Assembly (NCBI GenBank): GCA_963733915.1
Contig: CAVTEP010000001.1
Coordinates: 828,214 to 892,213, forward strand
Length of the DNA stretch: 64,000 bases
Reading direction: 5' to 3'
Source: Candidatus Sulfomarinibacteraceae bacterium
GTDB lineage: Bacteria > Acidobacteriota > Thermoanaerobaculia > Thermoanaerobaculales > Sulfomarinibacteraceae
Part shown: one piece after another, positions 31,176 to 40,661 of the stretch
How the letters are laid out: each line of letters begins with the position of its first letter
Position numbering within the stretch: the first letter of the stretch is position 1
Made by a program: the position numbers and the translations under genes
The notes under the pieces: generated by a model
The model's database searches: none
What the model saw: the letters and a program-made list of their open reading frames with translations, nothing else
What the model was told of the DNA's origin: nothing

Positions 31176-32318
31176 TCAGAGCGTTGGTAGCCCGAGCTGC
31201 CTTGCGTTGACGATGCTCGGCGCGGCCTCGGGCGGGTTGCTCCCGAGGAACTCCGGAAGCCTGCCCGGATCCGTCGAGACGGGCCAGCCCCGCAGAATGG
31301 CCGCCATGTTTGACGCCGCAAGCGTGGCCATCGCCTCGCGGCTCCATTGTGTGGCCGATGCGATGTGGGGGACGACCACCACGTTTGCCAATCGATTCAG
31401 GCCCGGCTTCATCTTCGGCTCGTCCTCGAAAACGTCCAACCCGGCCTTGAAGTCCGGGATCATTGAGCAGTGCGCCACCAGGGCCGCCTCGTCGATCACG
31501 GGTCCCCGGGCCGTGTTGACCAGGACCGCGTTCTTCTTCATCAGGCGGAGCCGCTCTTTGTTGATCAGGTGATGCGACCTTTCGTCGAGCAGCGGATGGA
31601 GGCTGACGATGTCGGCCTTCTCGAGCACCCCTTCCACATCCGGAGCACGGGTCACCTTGACTGGCGCCAGGCCCTGAGTGATCAGGAAATCCGAGTATGC
31701 GCGAATGTGGGTTTCGAGTTCCCGGTTTTGGTGAATGTCGAAATAGATGAGGTCCATCTTGAAGCCTTCGACCATGGTCTTCGCGTACGCGGCCCCGATG
31801 CGCCCTGCGCCGATCACGCCGACCGTCTTGCCGGCGAGCATCTCTCCCAGGAAAAGCGTTGGCAGCCAGCCCTCGTAACGTCCGCCGCGCATGTAGACGT
31901 CGGCCTCCGGGATTCTCCTGGCGGCGGCAAGACTGAGTGCAACGGCCATTTCAGCAGTGGCCTCGGTGAGCACGCCGGGCGTGTTTCCGACCGGAATCCC
32001 TCGGCTCGTCGCGGCGTCGACGTCTACGTTGTCGTAGCCCACGGCGTAGTTGCTGTAGACCGATCCTCCCGCGCGGTGCAGGGTCGAGAACAAAGCGTCA
32101 TGCCAGGTCTCGGTCAGCTGTCCAATGACTCCGTCGCAACGCTCGCCGATGGCAGAGACGATGTCGTCGCCGCCGAGAATCCGGGTCTCGGTTCCATACT
32201 CGACCCTCGCGTCCGCGCGGGCAAGGATCTCCAGCCAACGTTTTCCAGGCAGCTCCTTTGTGACCACCACCCGCCGTCGGCCCGAGGGGTTGAAGACCTT
32301 CCAGTTCTCTGCACTCAA
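31176..32318 (-). CDS. D-glycerate dehydrogenase / hydroxypyruvate reductase
   Basis: Motifs GVIGAGRIG, NTARG, GLDVFEDEP and PHIASA. TTG start at 32318 with SD GAGGAGG. Confidence 0.9.
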   Translation of the reverse strand: MSAENWKVFNPSGRRRVVVTKELPGKRWLEILARADARVEYGTETRILGGDDIVSAIGERCDGVIGQLTETWHDALFSTLHRAGGSVYSNYAVGYDNVDVDAATSRGIPVGNTPGVLTEATAEMAVALSLAAARRIPEADVYMRGGRYEGWLPTLFLGEMLAGKTVGVIGAGRIGAAYAKTMVEGFKMDLIYFDIHQNRELETHIRAYSDFLITQGLAPVKVTRAPDVEGVLEKADIVSLHPLLDERSHHLINKERLRLMKKNAVLVNTARGPVIDEAALVAHCSMIPDFKAGLDVFEDEPKMKPGLNRLANVVVVPHIASATQWSREAMATLAASNMAAILRGWPVSTDPGRLPEFLGSNPPEAAPSIVNARQLGLPTL

Positions 32319-34471
32319 TGTCGTGCCTCCTCGTGGCGAGCGGTCATGAGCACCGCGGGAATGGCGGCGAGGATGAGGACGCCGAGACCCAAAGATGTGG
32401 ACGTCAGCCCCGCCCACGGAATGGCGATGATACCGACCACGACCGCGCCGATCGCCGCGCCGACCTCGTCGGCTGCAAAGGCGATGCCGGCACCGCGGCG
32501 GTTGGCGTCGCCGGAGAGGGAGGCCAGACCGGGAAACGCGGCCCCGGTCAATACGCCAGCCGAAACCAAGAGCATGGGCACCACGGCCAACGGGACTTCG
32601 ATCGCGATCCCGGTCGCGATCAGTGCCGACAGCGCCGCGCCCATTGCAAGCACCACCGGTAGACGACGCGCGGGATCCGGCCACCGGCAAGCGATTCCAG
32701 CCCCACCGGCGATACCGGCCATGAAACCCGCGGTGAGAGCGCCGACCTCCGAGTAAACCGAACCTCGGGTCGCCTGCCAGGTGGCGATGAGGAGCAGCCA
32801 CCAGCCCATCGAAGCAAACCCGACGACGGCCGCTGTTGTTGCCGCGGGCGGTCGTCGTCGGAGGGCCGTTGCGAGTACTGCGAGCACGACGATGCCGAAA
32901 GCCGCCGCCAGCGGCTTTGCGCTGCGATGCTCGAGGGCCAGCACGAGGCGCAGCAGGGAGGGCATGACCCGCGCCTCGTGCAATCCGCCGGCCAGAAGGA
33001 CCGCCCGCGGATGATCGATGGTATTGACGGGCGCCGCCGGGTCGAGTGATTTTCTGAGGGCGCCGGCCCGTTCGCGATCGATGAGCAGCGGGATCATCTC
33101 CGGAATCATCTCCGATCCGTCGATCTCGCGGGTTTTCAGGCGGTGGGCGAGAGTATTGGGATCGAGATCGATCGCGGCGTGTTCGCCGCCGGCAATGAGC
33201 AGGATCTCCTCGCCGGGAATCACCTCGAGCACGGGAAACACCTCACGGACCGTAGCCGCCAGAACGGAGACCAGTCGGCCGCCGGCGCCGCCGAGGTAGG
33301 TGTCGGTCACGCCGATTCGAAGAACCAGGACCCCGTCGTCACTCATGTTCGCGCGGCAGCGACGGAAGAAATCGAGGGTCCGCGTCCGGTTGAGGCGGAT
33401 ATTGGTGGGGTCGCCGTCGCGGAGGATCACCAGGTCCCATGGCCCGCCGTTCGAGATCGCCCGCGTCGGGTCGCCGGCGAGGGCGAGGGTCCGCGGTCCC
33501 GCGAGGGCGGCGGCCATCTCCGGTCCGTACCAACCCGGAAGGCGACGCAGGAGCAACGGGTCTTCCTCGACGACCACGAGGCGAGCGACGGGGTGATGAG
33601 CCATCGCCTCGACCGATCCATCAGCGACGCATCCAACGGCGTACACGCGCCGGGGATCCTCGTGGAGAAGCATCGTCAGGTGGGCCCTCGGCAGGACCAC
33701 ATAGGGATCGGGGTAGGAGGAGAGAAGTGTGCCGTCCGCGTAGACGGCCAACGGCGGTCCCCCGCTCAGTTCCAGACGTTGAAGGCGGGTTTCCTGCCAG
33801 TTTTGCAGGGCCCCTGGATGACCGGACCAGCTCCAGGCGGCCCGTTCCAGAAGGCCGGCCGCCGGTGCCGCGAGTACGACCCCGGCGATCGCCGCCAGCG
33901 CCGCGAGCCACCGGCTCCGCGGCCAGGAGACGACGGCGGTCACGCATCCGAGACCGAGACAGACCGCCGGGGCGGCGCCAAGGCCCACCAGGGCCGCGGT
34001 GACGAGCACACCGCCGACCAACGCGCCGGCCGCCTCGAGCGCATATGTCCGGCCGCCGCCACCCTCGCCGAGAACGCCCGCGAGAATCGGGAACGCGAGA
34101 CCGCCGGCAAACGCCGCCGGAAAAACGGCGGCGACCCACAACCAAACCGCACTGGCGGTGGCCAGCGTTTCACCGGAGGCAGCCCCGATCATGGCGGGCG
34201 CGGCCCGGAACAGCACCGCGCCGCATCCGGTGAACACCAGCACCACCACCGGAACGGCCCGCGCCAGCCTCGCGGAGCCGGCGACCGCGCCGACCCTCGC
34301 CCCGGTCCCCATACCCACCAGCCAGAGAGCCATCACCGCCCCCCAGGCCAGCTCCGATCCGCCCATCGCCGCCATGGCTTCGCGCAGCAGCAGCGTCTGG
34401 GCAACCACCGTCGCCACCCCGAGCAAGAAGACCGTAATTCTCGGGTCGGAGCCATGCCGGGTGGAGGTCAC
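32315..34471 (-). CDS. Membrane-fused spermidine synthase-like (SAM-dependent) protein
   Basis: N- and C-terminal TM bundles around a degenerate aminopropyltransferase core (PRRVYAVG, VEEDP, WDLVI). Confidence 0.7.
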   Translation of the reverse strand: MTSTRHGSDPRITVFLLGVATVVAQTLLLREAMAAMGGSELAWGAVMALWLVGMGTGARVGAVAGSARLARAVPVVVLVFTGCGAVLFRAAPAMIGAASGETLATASAVWLWVAAVFPAAFAGGLAFPILAGVLGEGGGGRTYALEAAGALVGGVLVTAALVGLGAAPAVCLGLGCVTAVVSWPRSRWLAALAAIAGVVLAAPAAGLLERAAWSWSGHPGALQNWQETRLQRLELSGGPPLAVYADGTLLSSYPDPYVVLPRAHLTMLLHEDPRRVYAVGCVADGSVEAMAHHPVARLVVVEEDPLLLRRLPGWYGPEMAAALAGPRTLALAGDPTRAISNGGPWDLVILRDGDPTNIRLNRTRTLDFFRRCRANMSDDGVLVLRIGVTDTYLGGAGGRLVSVLAATVREVFPVLEVIPGEEILLIAGGEHAAIDLDPNTLAHRLKTREIDGSEMIPEMIPLLIDRERAGALRKSLDPAAPVNTIDHPRAVLLAGGLHEARVMPSLLRLVLALEHRSAKPLAAAFGIVVLAVLATALRRRPPAATTAAVVGFASMGWWLLLIATWQATRGSVYSEVGALTAGFMAGIAGGAGIACRWPDPARRLPVVLAMGAALSALIATGIAIEVPLAVVPMLLVSAGVLTGAAFPGLASLSGDANRRGAGIAFAADEVGAAIGAVVVGIIAIPWAGLTSTSLGLGVLILAAIPAVLMTARHEEARH

Positions 34472-34506
34472 GCGTGCATTATGGCGCACGCCGCCATGGC
34501 GAACCA

Positions 34507-34620
34507 GAATTCTCAATTCTCAATTCTCAATTTTGAATTCCCTCTCGTTTCCCAATGCTTGGTGGGGGCGGGTGGGAATTGAGAATTGAGAACTGAGAAT
34601 TGAAAACTGAGAATTCCCTA
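34507..34620. repeat. Inverted composite repeat (AATTCTC)n - CCC..GGGGGCGGGTGGG - (AATTGAG)n
   Basis: Palindromic heptamer arms abutting the pepD stop codon. Confidence 0.92.
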
Positions 34621-36084
34621 CGCGAGGTCCTCGAGCAACGCTGCGAGGTGCTTGTAAAACTTCTGCACCGAGGAGATCTGGACCCGTTCCTCGGGAGAGT
34701 GGGCGTTCTCGATCTGCGGACCGATGGATACGACGTCCATGCCGGGGACCTTTTCGATCAGGAGCCCGCACTCGAGTCCGGCGTGGATCGCCTTGATCGC
34801 CGGTTTGGAACCGAACAGGCGCTCATAAACGTCGCTCGTCTTCTGCAGGATCGGGGAGCTGGGGTTTGGTTTCCAGCCGGGGTATGCGTCGTCGATGTGG
34901 ACCGACGCGCCGGCCTGACGGAAAATGGAGTCCACCTGGCTCCGCACGGCGTAGAGCGCCGGCATGATCGACGATCGGTAGGAAACCGTGACCCGGGCGG
35001 TTTCGTCCTCGGTGGAAACGGTCGCCAGGTTGTTCGAGGTCTCGACAAGACCCGGAACGTCGCGAGACATGGCGATCACACCGTGGGGGAGCCCATCGAG
35101 GATCCTCAGCAGCCGGTCGCGCGCGTGAACATTGAGCACCTTACGGCGCGACTCGTCGTCGTCGAGCTCGTCGATCGCTACCGCGAGGTCGGGATCGGAG
35201 GCCAGAAACTCCTCGCGGAAATCATCGGTGAGCCTTGCGGCGACGGCCTTGAGCGAGTCGACCTTGGTCTTGTCCACCCGGCAGACCACAAAGCATTCGC
35301 GGGGAATGGCGTTGTGCTTGGAACCGCCGACCATGGAAACGAGGTCGAGATCGATGCCGTCCTGGATGGCCGCGAGCAGGACCCTGGTGGCGAACTTGAT
35401 GGCGTTGCCGCGGTTTTCGATGATGTTGAGCCCCGAGTGGCCGCCGCGCAGACCCGTCACCGAGACCTTTACCGGCACGGACCCGAGCGATGCTGCCCGC
35501 CGTGCGGTCGTAAGCGTTGCGAGCGAATCGGCCCCACCCGCACAGCCGATGTAGATGGAGCCGTCCTCCTCGGTGTCGAGGTTGAGCATGATGCGACCCG
35601 TGACGATCGCCGGATCGAGATCCTTGGCGCCCGTGAGGCCAGTCTCCTCGTCCACCGTGCAGAGCAGCTCCAGCGGTCCGTGGACGACGTCCGGGTCGTC
35701 CGCGACGGCCATTCCGGCGGCGACACCGATGCCGTTGTCGGCGCCGAGGGTGGTGCCCTTGGCCTGCACCCAATCACCGACGACCTCGACCTCGATGCCC
35801 TGGGTCATGAAATCGAGCTCGATGTTCGAGTTCTTTTCGCAGACCATGTCGAGGTGGCCCTGGAGGATCACTGTGGGCGCATCTTCATGACCGGGGGTGG
35901 CCGGGACCTTGATCGTCATGCTGCCGGCCGCATCCTGGAGGACTTCGAAGCCGCGGTCGGCGGCCCAGCTCTTGACGCCCGCGATGATCTTCTCTTCGTG
36001 CTTCGATGGCCGGGGGATTCGACGAATGGTGTCGAAGTGTTGCCAGAGGAGCTTCGGCTCGAGAGATTCCAGGGGACTGCTCAT
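34618..36084 (-). CDS. pepD: Aminoacyl-histidine dipeptidase (M20C)
   Basis: Motifs LQGHLDMVCEK, GADNGIG, TVDEETG, GGHSG and HAGLECG. Confidence 0.95.
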   Translation of the reverse strand: MSSPLESLEPKLLWQHFDTIRRIPRPSKHEEKIIAGVKSWAADRGFEVLQDAAGSMTIKVPATPGHEDAPTVILQGHLDMVCEKNSNIELDFMTQGIEVEVVGDWVQAKGTTLGADNGIGVAAGMAVADDPDVVHGPLELLCTVDEETGLTGAKDLDPAIVTGRIMLNLDTEEDGSIYIGCAGGADSLATLTTARRAASLGSVPVKVSVTGLRGGHSGLNIIENRGNAIKFATRVLLAAIQDGIDLDLVSMVGGSKHNAIPRECFVVCRVDKTKVDSLKAVAARLTDDFREEFLASDPDLAVAIDELDDDESRRKVLNVHARDRLLRILDGLPHGVIAMSRDVPGLVETSNNLATVSTEDETARVTVSYRSSIMPALYAVRSQVDSIFRQAGASVHIDDAYPGWKPNPSSPILQKTSDVYERLFGSKPAIKAIHAGLECGLLIEKVPGMDVVSIGPQIENAHSPEERVQISSVQKFYKHLAALLEDLA

Positions 36085-36193
36085 GACGGGCCTCCATCTT
36101 TTGGATGAACCGACCTTGCGGACCGGCCCGGACATGATACCCGATCTCGCTGCGATGCGTGTTCTGCGGCTCGAAAAAAGACCAGGCAACCGT

Positions 36194-37129
36194 TCAGAGA
36201 AGTGAGTCTAAAATGTCGATCGCGGTCAGTGCGCCGCCGATGCGAAGACCGTCGACCATCAGGGTCAGCGCCAGTTGGACGCCGTCTGCCGACAACGCGG
36301 GCGGGCCGACGAGCAGCTCATCCCGGTCGGGCACCGTATCCAGACCCAAGGGGTAATCTGAGTTTTTCACTCCATCGGCCTGCGACAGAGCGTCGACGAC
36401 ATCAGCCGGTGTGAGCGGACGCGGGAGGCTCAGCCCGAGATGTGCAAAATTGCCGTGAAAACAACCGGCGTAGGTGTGGCTCACCGCCAGCGGCACGTCG
36501 GGCAGGAGGACCGCCGACTCTTTCTGGAGCGCGCCGTTGTCGGTCGCCACGAGGTTGAATGCGAGGATGTGGCCGAGGATCCGATCTTCGACCGGCTCGC
36601 CGATCATTCTCTGGCGTGCCTGGCTTGCGAGAAGCTCGATCGCCTCGCGGCCTAAGACGGACACCGGGTCGATCGCCGCCAACGATCCACGCAGCGCGCC
36701 GAAGGGTGCCAGGACCTCCACCACCCTCGATGTGGCAATCAACGCCGGGTGAGCTACCCGCAACTGGCGCGACTCTTCGTCCGCGCGGCCAACCGACGGG
36801 TGAGTGCGGTCCCACAGTTGGTCGAGCCGGGACAGGTCGACGAGCGCGACATCCGGATTGGCATCGAGGTGGGCGAGCAGATGCTCGTGGCGGGACGACC
36901 AGCCGTCCGAAGCGACCAGGATCGTGTCGACTCCGTCAAGATCGTCGCTCCCGGCGAGCGGAGGCACCAATGCCGGCCCCACCGCGGTGTCGGCGATCTG
37001 GTGCTCGTCATCGAGATCGGTGTGGAGAAATGCGATGTCGCCGACCCGATCTTCGAGCCGATCGAGGCTGCTCAGGAGTTCGCGTCCGCGCAATGTGAGT
37101 GGGTCAAGAATCAGGATCGGCGTCGGCAA
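36194..37129 (-). CDS. Aspartate-semialdehyde dehydrogenase-like (Usg-type, probably non-catalytic)
   Basis: LAFNL and DGLRIGGA are Asd C-terminal-like; catalytic Cys not evident. Confidence 0.65.
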   Translation of the reverse strand: MPTPILILDPLTLRGRELLSSLDRLEDRVGDIAFLHTDLDDEHQIADTAVGPALVPPLAGSDDLDGVDTILVASDGWSSRHEHLLAHLDANPDVALVDLSRLDQLWDRTHPSVGRADEESRQLRVAHPALIATSRVVEVLAPFGALRGSLAAIDPVSVLGREAIELLASQARQRMIGEPVEDRILGHILAFNLVATDNGALQKESAVLLPDVPLAVSHTYAGCFHGNFAHLGLSLPRPLTPADVVDALSQADGVKNSDYPLGLDTVPDRDELLVGPPALSADGVQLALTLMVDGLRIGGALTAIDILDSLL

Positions 37130-37904
37130 TGGATGAATCTCCGGAGGTGGTCGCCACGACCTTGGACGAACCGCGCCGCCGGCGGGTCCAGCGGGTGAGG
37201 ACGATCACTGGCGCTGAGAGGATGTAGACCGCAGCCAGAAACGACAGGACGTGCGGCGTGAGGGTCACGAGAGAGAACACCAGGGCGATGAGAAAGAGGG
37301 TCGGTGCGGGCCACTTGCGCCGCAGGTTGACACCCTTGAACGATGGATAGGGGAGGTTTGACACCATCAGCAAGGCCAACCCGAGCACGAAGGCCACCAC
37401 CACCGGAACGAAGCCCGGGTGGGTGACCGGAGAGGGAGAAATCAACACAAACATCGAAATGGCGCCGGCGCCGGCTGGAATCGGCAGGCCCGAGAAATCG
37501 AGCGACTCGTGGTGGGTGCTCGAGAATCGCGCGAGGCGAATCGACCCGGCGATCAGAAACAGGAAGACAACTGCCATTCCGACCCTCGGGACCTCCCACA
37601 GGCCCCACTGGAATGCGAGCAGGGCGGGAGCGACGCCGAACGACACCACGTCGGCGAGCGAGTCGAACTCCTCACCGAACTCAGTCACGGTGCCGGTGAG
37701 CCGGGCGATGCGGCCGTCCAGGACGTCGGCAAAGATCGCAACGAGCACCAGGATTGCCGCTCGCTCGAACTGGCCCCGGCAGGAGGCGACGACGGAAAGG
37801 AATCCACAGAAGATGTTGGCAACGGTGAAGAGGGAGGGTATGACGTAGAACCCCCGGCGCATGCGGGAATCTCCCCGGCGACGTTTGATGCGAGGCATCC
37901 TCAC
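37104..37904 (-). CDS. pssA: CDP-diacylglycerol--serine O-phosphatidyltransferase
   Basis: DGRIAR..GEEFDSLAD.VSFG motif; lies next to psd. Confidence 0.93.
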   Translation of the reverse strand: MRMPRIKRRRGDSRMRRGFYVIPSLFTVANIFCGFLSVVASCRGQFERAAILVLVAIFADVLDGRIARLTGTVTEFGEEFDSLADVVSFGVAPALLAFQWGLWEVPRVGMAVVFLFLIAGSIRLARFSSTHHESLDFSGLPIPAGAGAISMFVLISPSPVTHPGFVPVVVAFVLGLALLMVSNLPYPSFKGVNLRRKWPAPTLFLIALVFSLVTLTPHVLSFLAAVYILSAPVIVLTRWTRRRRGSSKVVATTSGDSSIADADPDS

Positions 37905-38539
37905 TGTTTGTCTGCTTTCCCGAGGATGGCGATCGCCGACTCGCCGGCCCGCACCCGGTCACCCTGTCCGACGAGAATCGTCGCATCTTGCGGCAGAAAG
38001 ATATCCACCCGCGAACCATATCGGATCAAACCGATCCGGTCACCTCGCTCGACGGTGTCTCCCGGGCGGTGGTCGAAGACGATACGGCGAGCCACAAGGC
38101 CTGCGATCTGTTTGAGAGCGACCCGGCCGGCCGGACCCTCCCAGATTGAGAGGTTTTGTTCGTTCTCGACCGATGCCTTTTCCTTGAACGCCGAAATCTT
38201 GCGTCCGCGGTTGTATCGGTACTCGGTGAGCTTGCCGGCGGTCACGGCGCGGTTGACATGGACATCGAACACCGACATGAAGACGCTCACCTGTTGCGGC
38301 AGCCCGAGCCGGACGATCTCTTCGGGGGCCTTCCCGATCTTCACGATCTTTCCGTCCGCCGGCGAACAGGCAGTTGCGGCATCGAAGGCACAGCTCCGCG
38401 CGGGATTTCGAAAAAAGAAGAGGGCGAAGATGCCGAGCGCCCCCAGGACGCCACCCACGAGCGGTAAACCGGCGAACCAGATCACCCCGCCCGCACACAG
38501 CGGAACCGCGACGAAGGGCCATCCCTCCGGAGCAATCAT
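37901..38539 (-). CDS. psd: Phosphatidylserine decarboxylase proenzyme
   Basis: Motifs FFRNP, SPADG, DVHVNR and YGSRVD. Confidence 0.93.
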   Translation of the reverse strand: MIAPEGWPFVAVPLCAGGVIWFAGLPLVGGVLGALGIFALFFFRNPARSCAFDAATACSPADGKIVKIGKAPEEIVRLGLPQQVSVFMSVFDVHVNRAVTAGKLTEYRYNRGRKISAFKEKASVENEQNLSIWEGPAGRVALKQIAGLVARRIVFDHRPGDTVERGDRIGLIRYGSRVDIFLPQDATILVGQGDRVRAGESAIAILGKADKQ

Positions 38540-38560
38540 TCTTTGATCTCGATCAAGAAC

Positions 38561-38767
38561 TCAGGAGTCCGTCCGGCGGAGGCGCTCCATCTCGTCCTTG
38601 AGGTGCAGTTTGAGTTTCTTGAGTCGTTTCTCCTCGACCTCTTCATCGGGAGTCAGCCAGGGCCGACTCTGCAGCTCCTCGAGCCTTCGCTCATGGTCCT
38701 GATGCTGGTGCTCGAGTTCCTTGATGGTCGGAGACCTCCGCTCAACCTGCTCCGGGTTTGGGCTCAT
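38561..38767 (-). CDS. YdcH/DUF465 family small protein
   Basis: LKKLKLHLKDEM; SD GAGGAGG. Confidence 0.8.
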   Translation of the reverse strand: MSPNPEQVERRSPTIKELEHQHQDHERRLEELQSRPWLTPDEEVEEKRLKKLKLHLKDEMERLRRTDS

Positions 38768-38852
38768 GCCGATCCTCCTCTTTGGATGGCCTACACGGTC
38801 CATCGTATCACTCTGGGTACCGCGCCACAAATGGGAAAAATTCCTCCATTTT

Positions 38853-39225
38853 CCGTGCCCATACCCGTCTCCGTATCCGTGCCCGAACGTGGTCTTGGGC
38901 CCTCAAAGACCAGGGAAATCCCAGAGTCGGCAGCGTAACTCCCGCCCCTTCAATTTTTACTTCTCGTGCTTCCGAGCACGGAGACAGAGACGGGCGCAGC
39001 GGCTTCGCAGCGAAAACGGATCGTTACGACGACGTGGGCACCTTCGGGCATTGTGGCTGTGGACTGCCCCTGGCGCGGTCTCCGGCCGCTGCCGCCGCAC
39101 CTGCCGCCGTTCGATTGAAGGGAACCACAGGCCGGAGGAGGGGGCGGGGAAAAATTCCGAATTCTGAGGTGCTTCCTTTTCCCTTTTTCCCCCGCCTTTT
39201 CAGGGAAGGTGAGCGGAACGTTCGG
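38853..39225. repeat. 6-nt-period repeat block plus an extra copy of the element trailer module
   Basis: CCGTGC-period repeats at 38853-38888 with a complementary arm near 38974-38997. 39056-39190 is a diverged direct repeat of ~39902-40066. Confidence 0.8.
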
Positions 39226-39363
39226 TTCACCCGGAATTGCGTGAGATCGAGGTTTGGAAGTTCCGATTGGCATTTGCAGCGACAGGAACAGCGACCGACC
39301 GCAGGGGCAGCGAACAGCGTCCGCGGCAGCGGCCGGGGCAGCGAGCAGGGGTCGTGACGACGG

Positions 39364-39515
39364 CATGGCCACCTCCGGGTCGTTCAGTGCGAGAAGTAGC
39401 CGGTGGCCGGCCGATGTCAAGGGCAAGCCGGGCCGGGGGCCCGGTGCGATGCACCCTTGACATCGGCCGCCTCACCGGCTCGAGGAAGGGCATGAACGAC
39501 CCGGAGGTGAACATG
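39364..39515 (+). promoter_or_regulatory. Long 5'-leader hairpin sequestering the SD and AUG of the four-helix gene
   Basis: Stems 39364-39386/39493-39515 (21 of 23 bp), 39398-39405/39473-39480 (8 bp) and 39408-39423/39454-39469 (16 bp). Confidence 0.8.
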
Positions 39516-39866
39516 TCCGACGCGCTCACGAAACCCAACCTCGTTGCCCACTCGAAAGCCCTTGACGCGGCTGGCATCGCCATCAGGCTTGTGATGAGGG
39601 TGCCAGCCCCTTTGAAATCGATCGCCGATCAGGTGATCCGGTCGGCAAGCTCGGTCCCCGCCAACCTGGCGGAAGGGCACGGCCGGGCCGGAAGAGACCG
39701 GCATCACTTCTGGAGGATCGCCTACGGCTCAGCCAAGGAGGTCGACAGCCACCTTCGCCTCCTGGTTCAGGCGGGTGCCATTGATGGACGAAGCGCCACG
39801 ACAGCGCTCAATACCTTCGATGAAGTTCGCGCCATGACCTGGCGCTTGCTCAACCCACAAACCTGA
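39513..39866 (+). CDS. Four-helix-bundle protein (23S rRNA IVP / TIGR02436 family), 117 aa
   Basis: DQVIRSASSVPANLAEGHGR..F.RIAYGSAKE motif; SD GGAGG 5 nt before ATG 39513. Confidence 0.92.
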   Translation: MSDALTKPNLVAHSKALDAAGIAIRLVMRVPAPLKSIADQVIRSASSVPANLAEGHGRAGRDRHHFWRIAYGSAKEVDSHLRLLVQAGAIDGRSATTALNTFDEVRAMTWRLLNPQT

Positions 39867-40006
39867 TCGACCTTCTCCGCGCCGGTGCGTCGGGGCGCTG
39901 TCGCTGTGGACTGCCCCTGACGCGGATTCCTGCCCCTGCCGCAGTCCCTGCCGCCTGCCGCCCATAGATCGGGCAGAACCACAGGCCCGAGAGGGGGTAG
40001 GGGGAA

Positions 40007-40039
<33 letters not shown>

Positions 40040-40130
40040 TGAGGTGCCTCCTTTTCCCCTTTTCTCCTCTGCCAAACCGGGACGGCTGGGCGGAACGTTC
40101 TAACGTTCTAACGTTCCAACGTGCCAACGC

Positions 40131-40661
40131 CTAGTAATATGGTCGATACCCCAGGTCCTCGTCCTCGATCGGGCCCTTCTGTTTCAGCTGTTCGATGCCC
40201 ACGACGGCCTGTTCGCGGGTCGTGTAGGCGAACGCGTGCTTCCGGCTCATGATCAGCGCCTGCTTGGGACAGGCATCGACGCAATAACCGCAGAATACGC
40301 AGCGCAACAGGTCAATTTCGAACGACAACGGTAGCTTTTCCCACTCGACCGTCGCCTCCGGGTCCTCCTCGGCGACGATCGTGATGCAGTCCGCCGGGCA
40401 CACCGTCTCGCACATATAGCAGGCGACGCAACGCAGCGAGCCGTCGTCTTTCGTGGTCAAGATGTGGCGCCCGCGCATTCTCTCCGAGTACTCGCGCACC
40501 TCTTCGGGGTATTGGATCGTCGCCACATCCCGTTGGCCAAAGAGGTTGCGAAGAAAGTGGCGGAGCGTCACCGCCAGGCCCTTGACGATCGAACCCAGGT
40601 AGAGCCGTTCACCGAGACCGCGGCGCCGCGGATCGACGTTGACGGTGGTGACCGGTTTCAT
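40131..40661 (-). CDS. nuoI: NADH-quinone oxidoreductase subunit I
   Basis: Motifs TIQYPE, RCVACYMCETVCP and RCVFCGYCVDACP. Confidence 0.93.
   Translation of the reverse strand: MKPVTTVNVDPRRRGLGERLYLGSIVKGLAVTLRHFLRNLFGQRDVATIQYPEEVREYSERMRGRHILTTKDDGSLRCVACYMCETVCPADCITIVAEEDPEATVEWEKLPLSFEIDLLRCVFCGYCVDACPKQALIMSRKHAFAYTTREQAVVGIEQLKQKGPIEDEDLGYRPYY

Noticed and set aside
39415-39462. Divergent TTGACA -35 boxes in the leader hairpin
   Set aside because: They arise from the inverted repeat, and no convincing -10 box lies at 16-18 nt.
39237-39512. N-terminal extension of the four-helix ORF (209 aa and 170 aa calls)
   Set aside because: The upstream region is the repeat/hairpin leader with different lengths in the two copies, and a strong SD precedes ATG 39513 and 63529.
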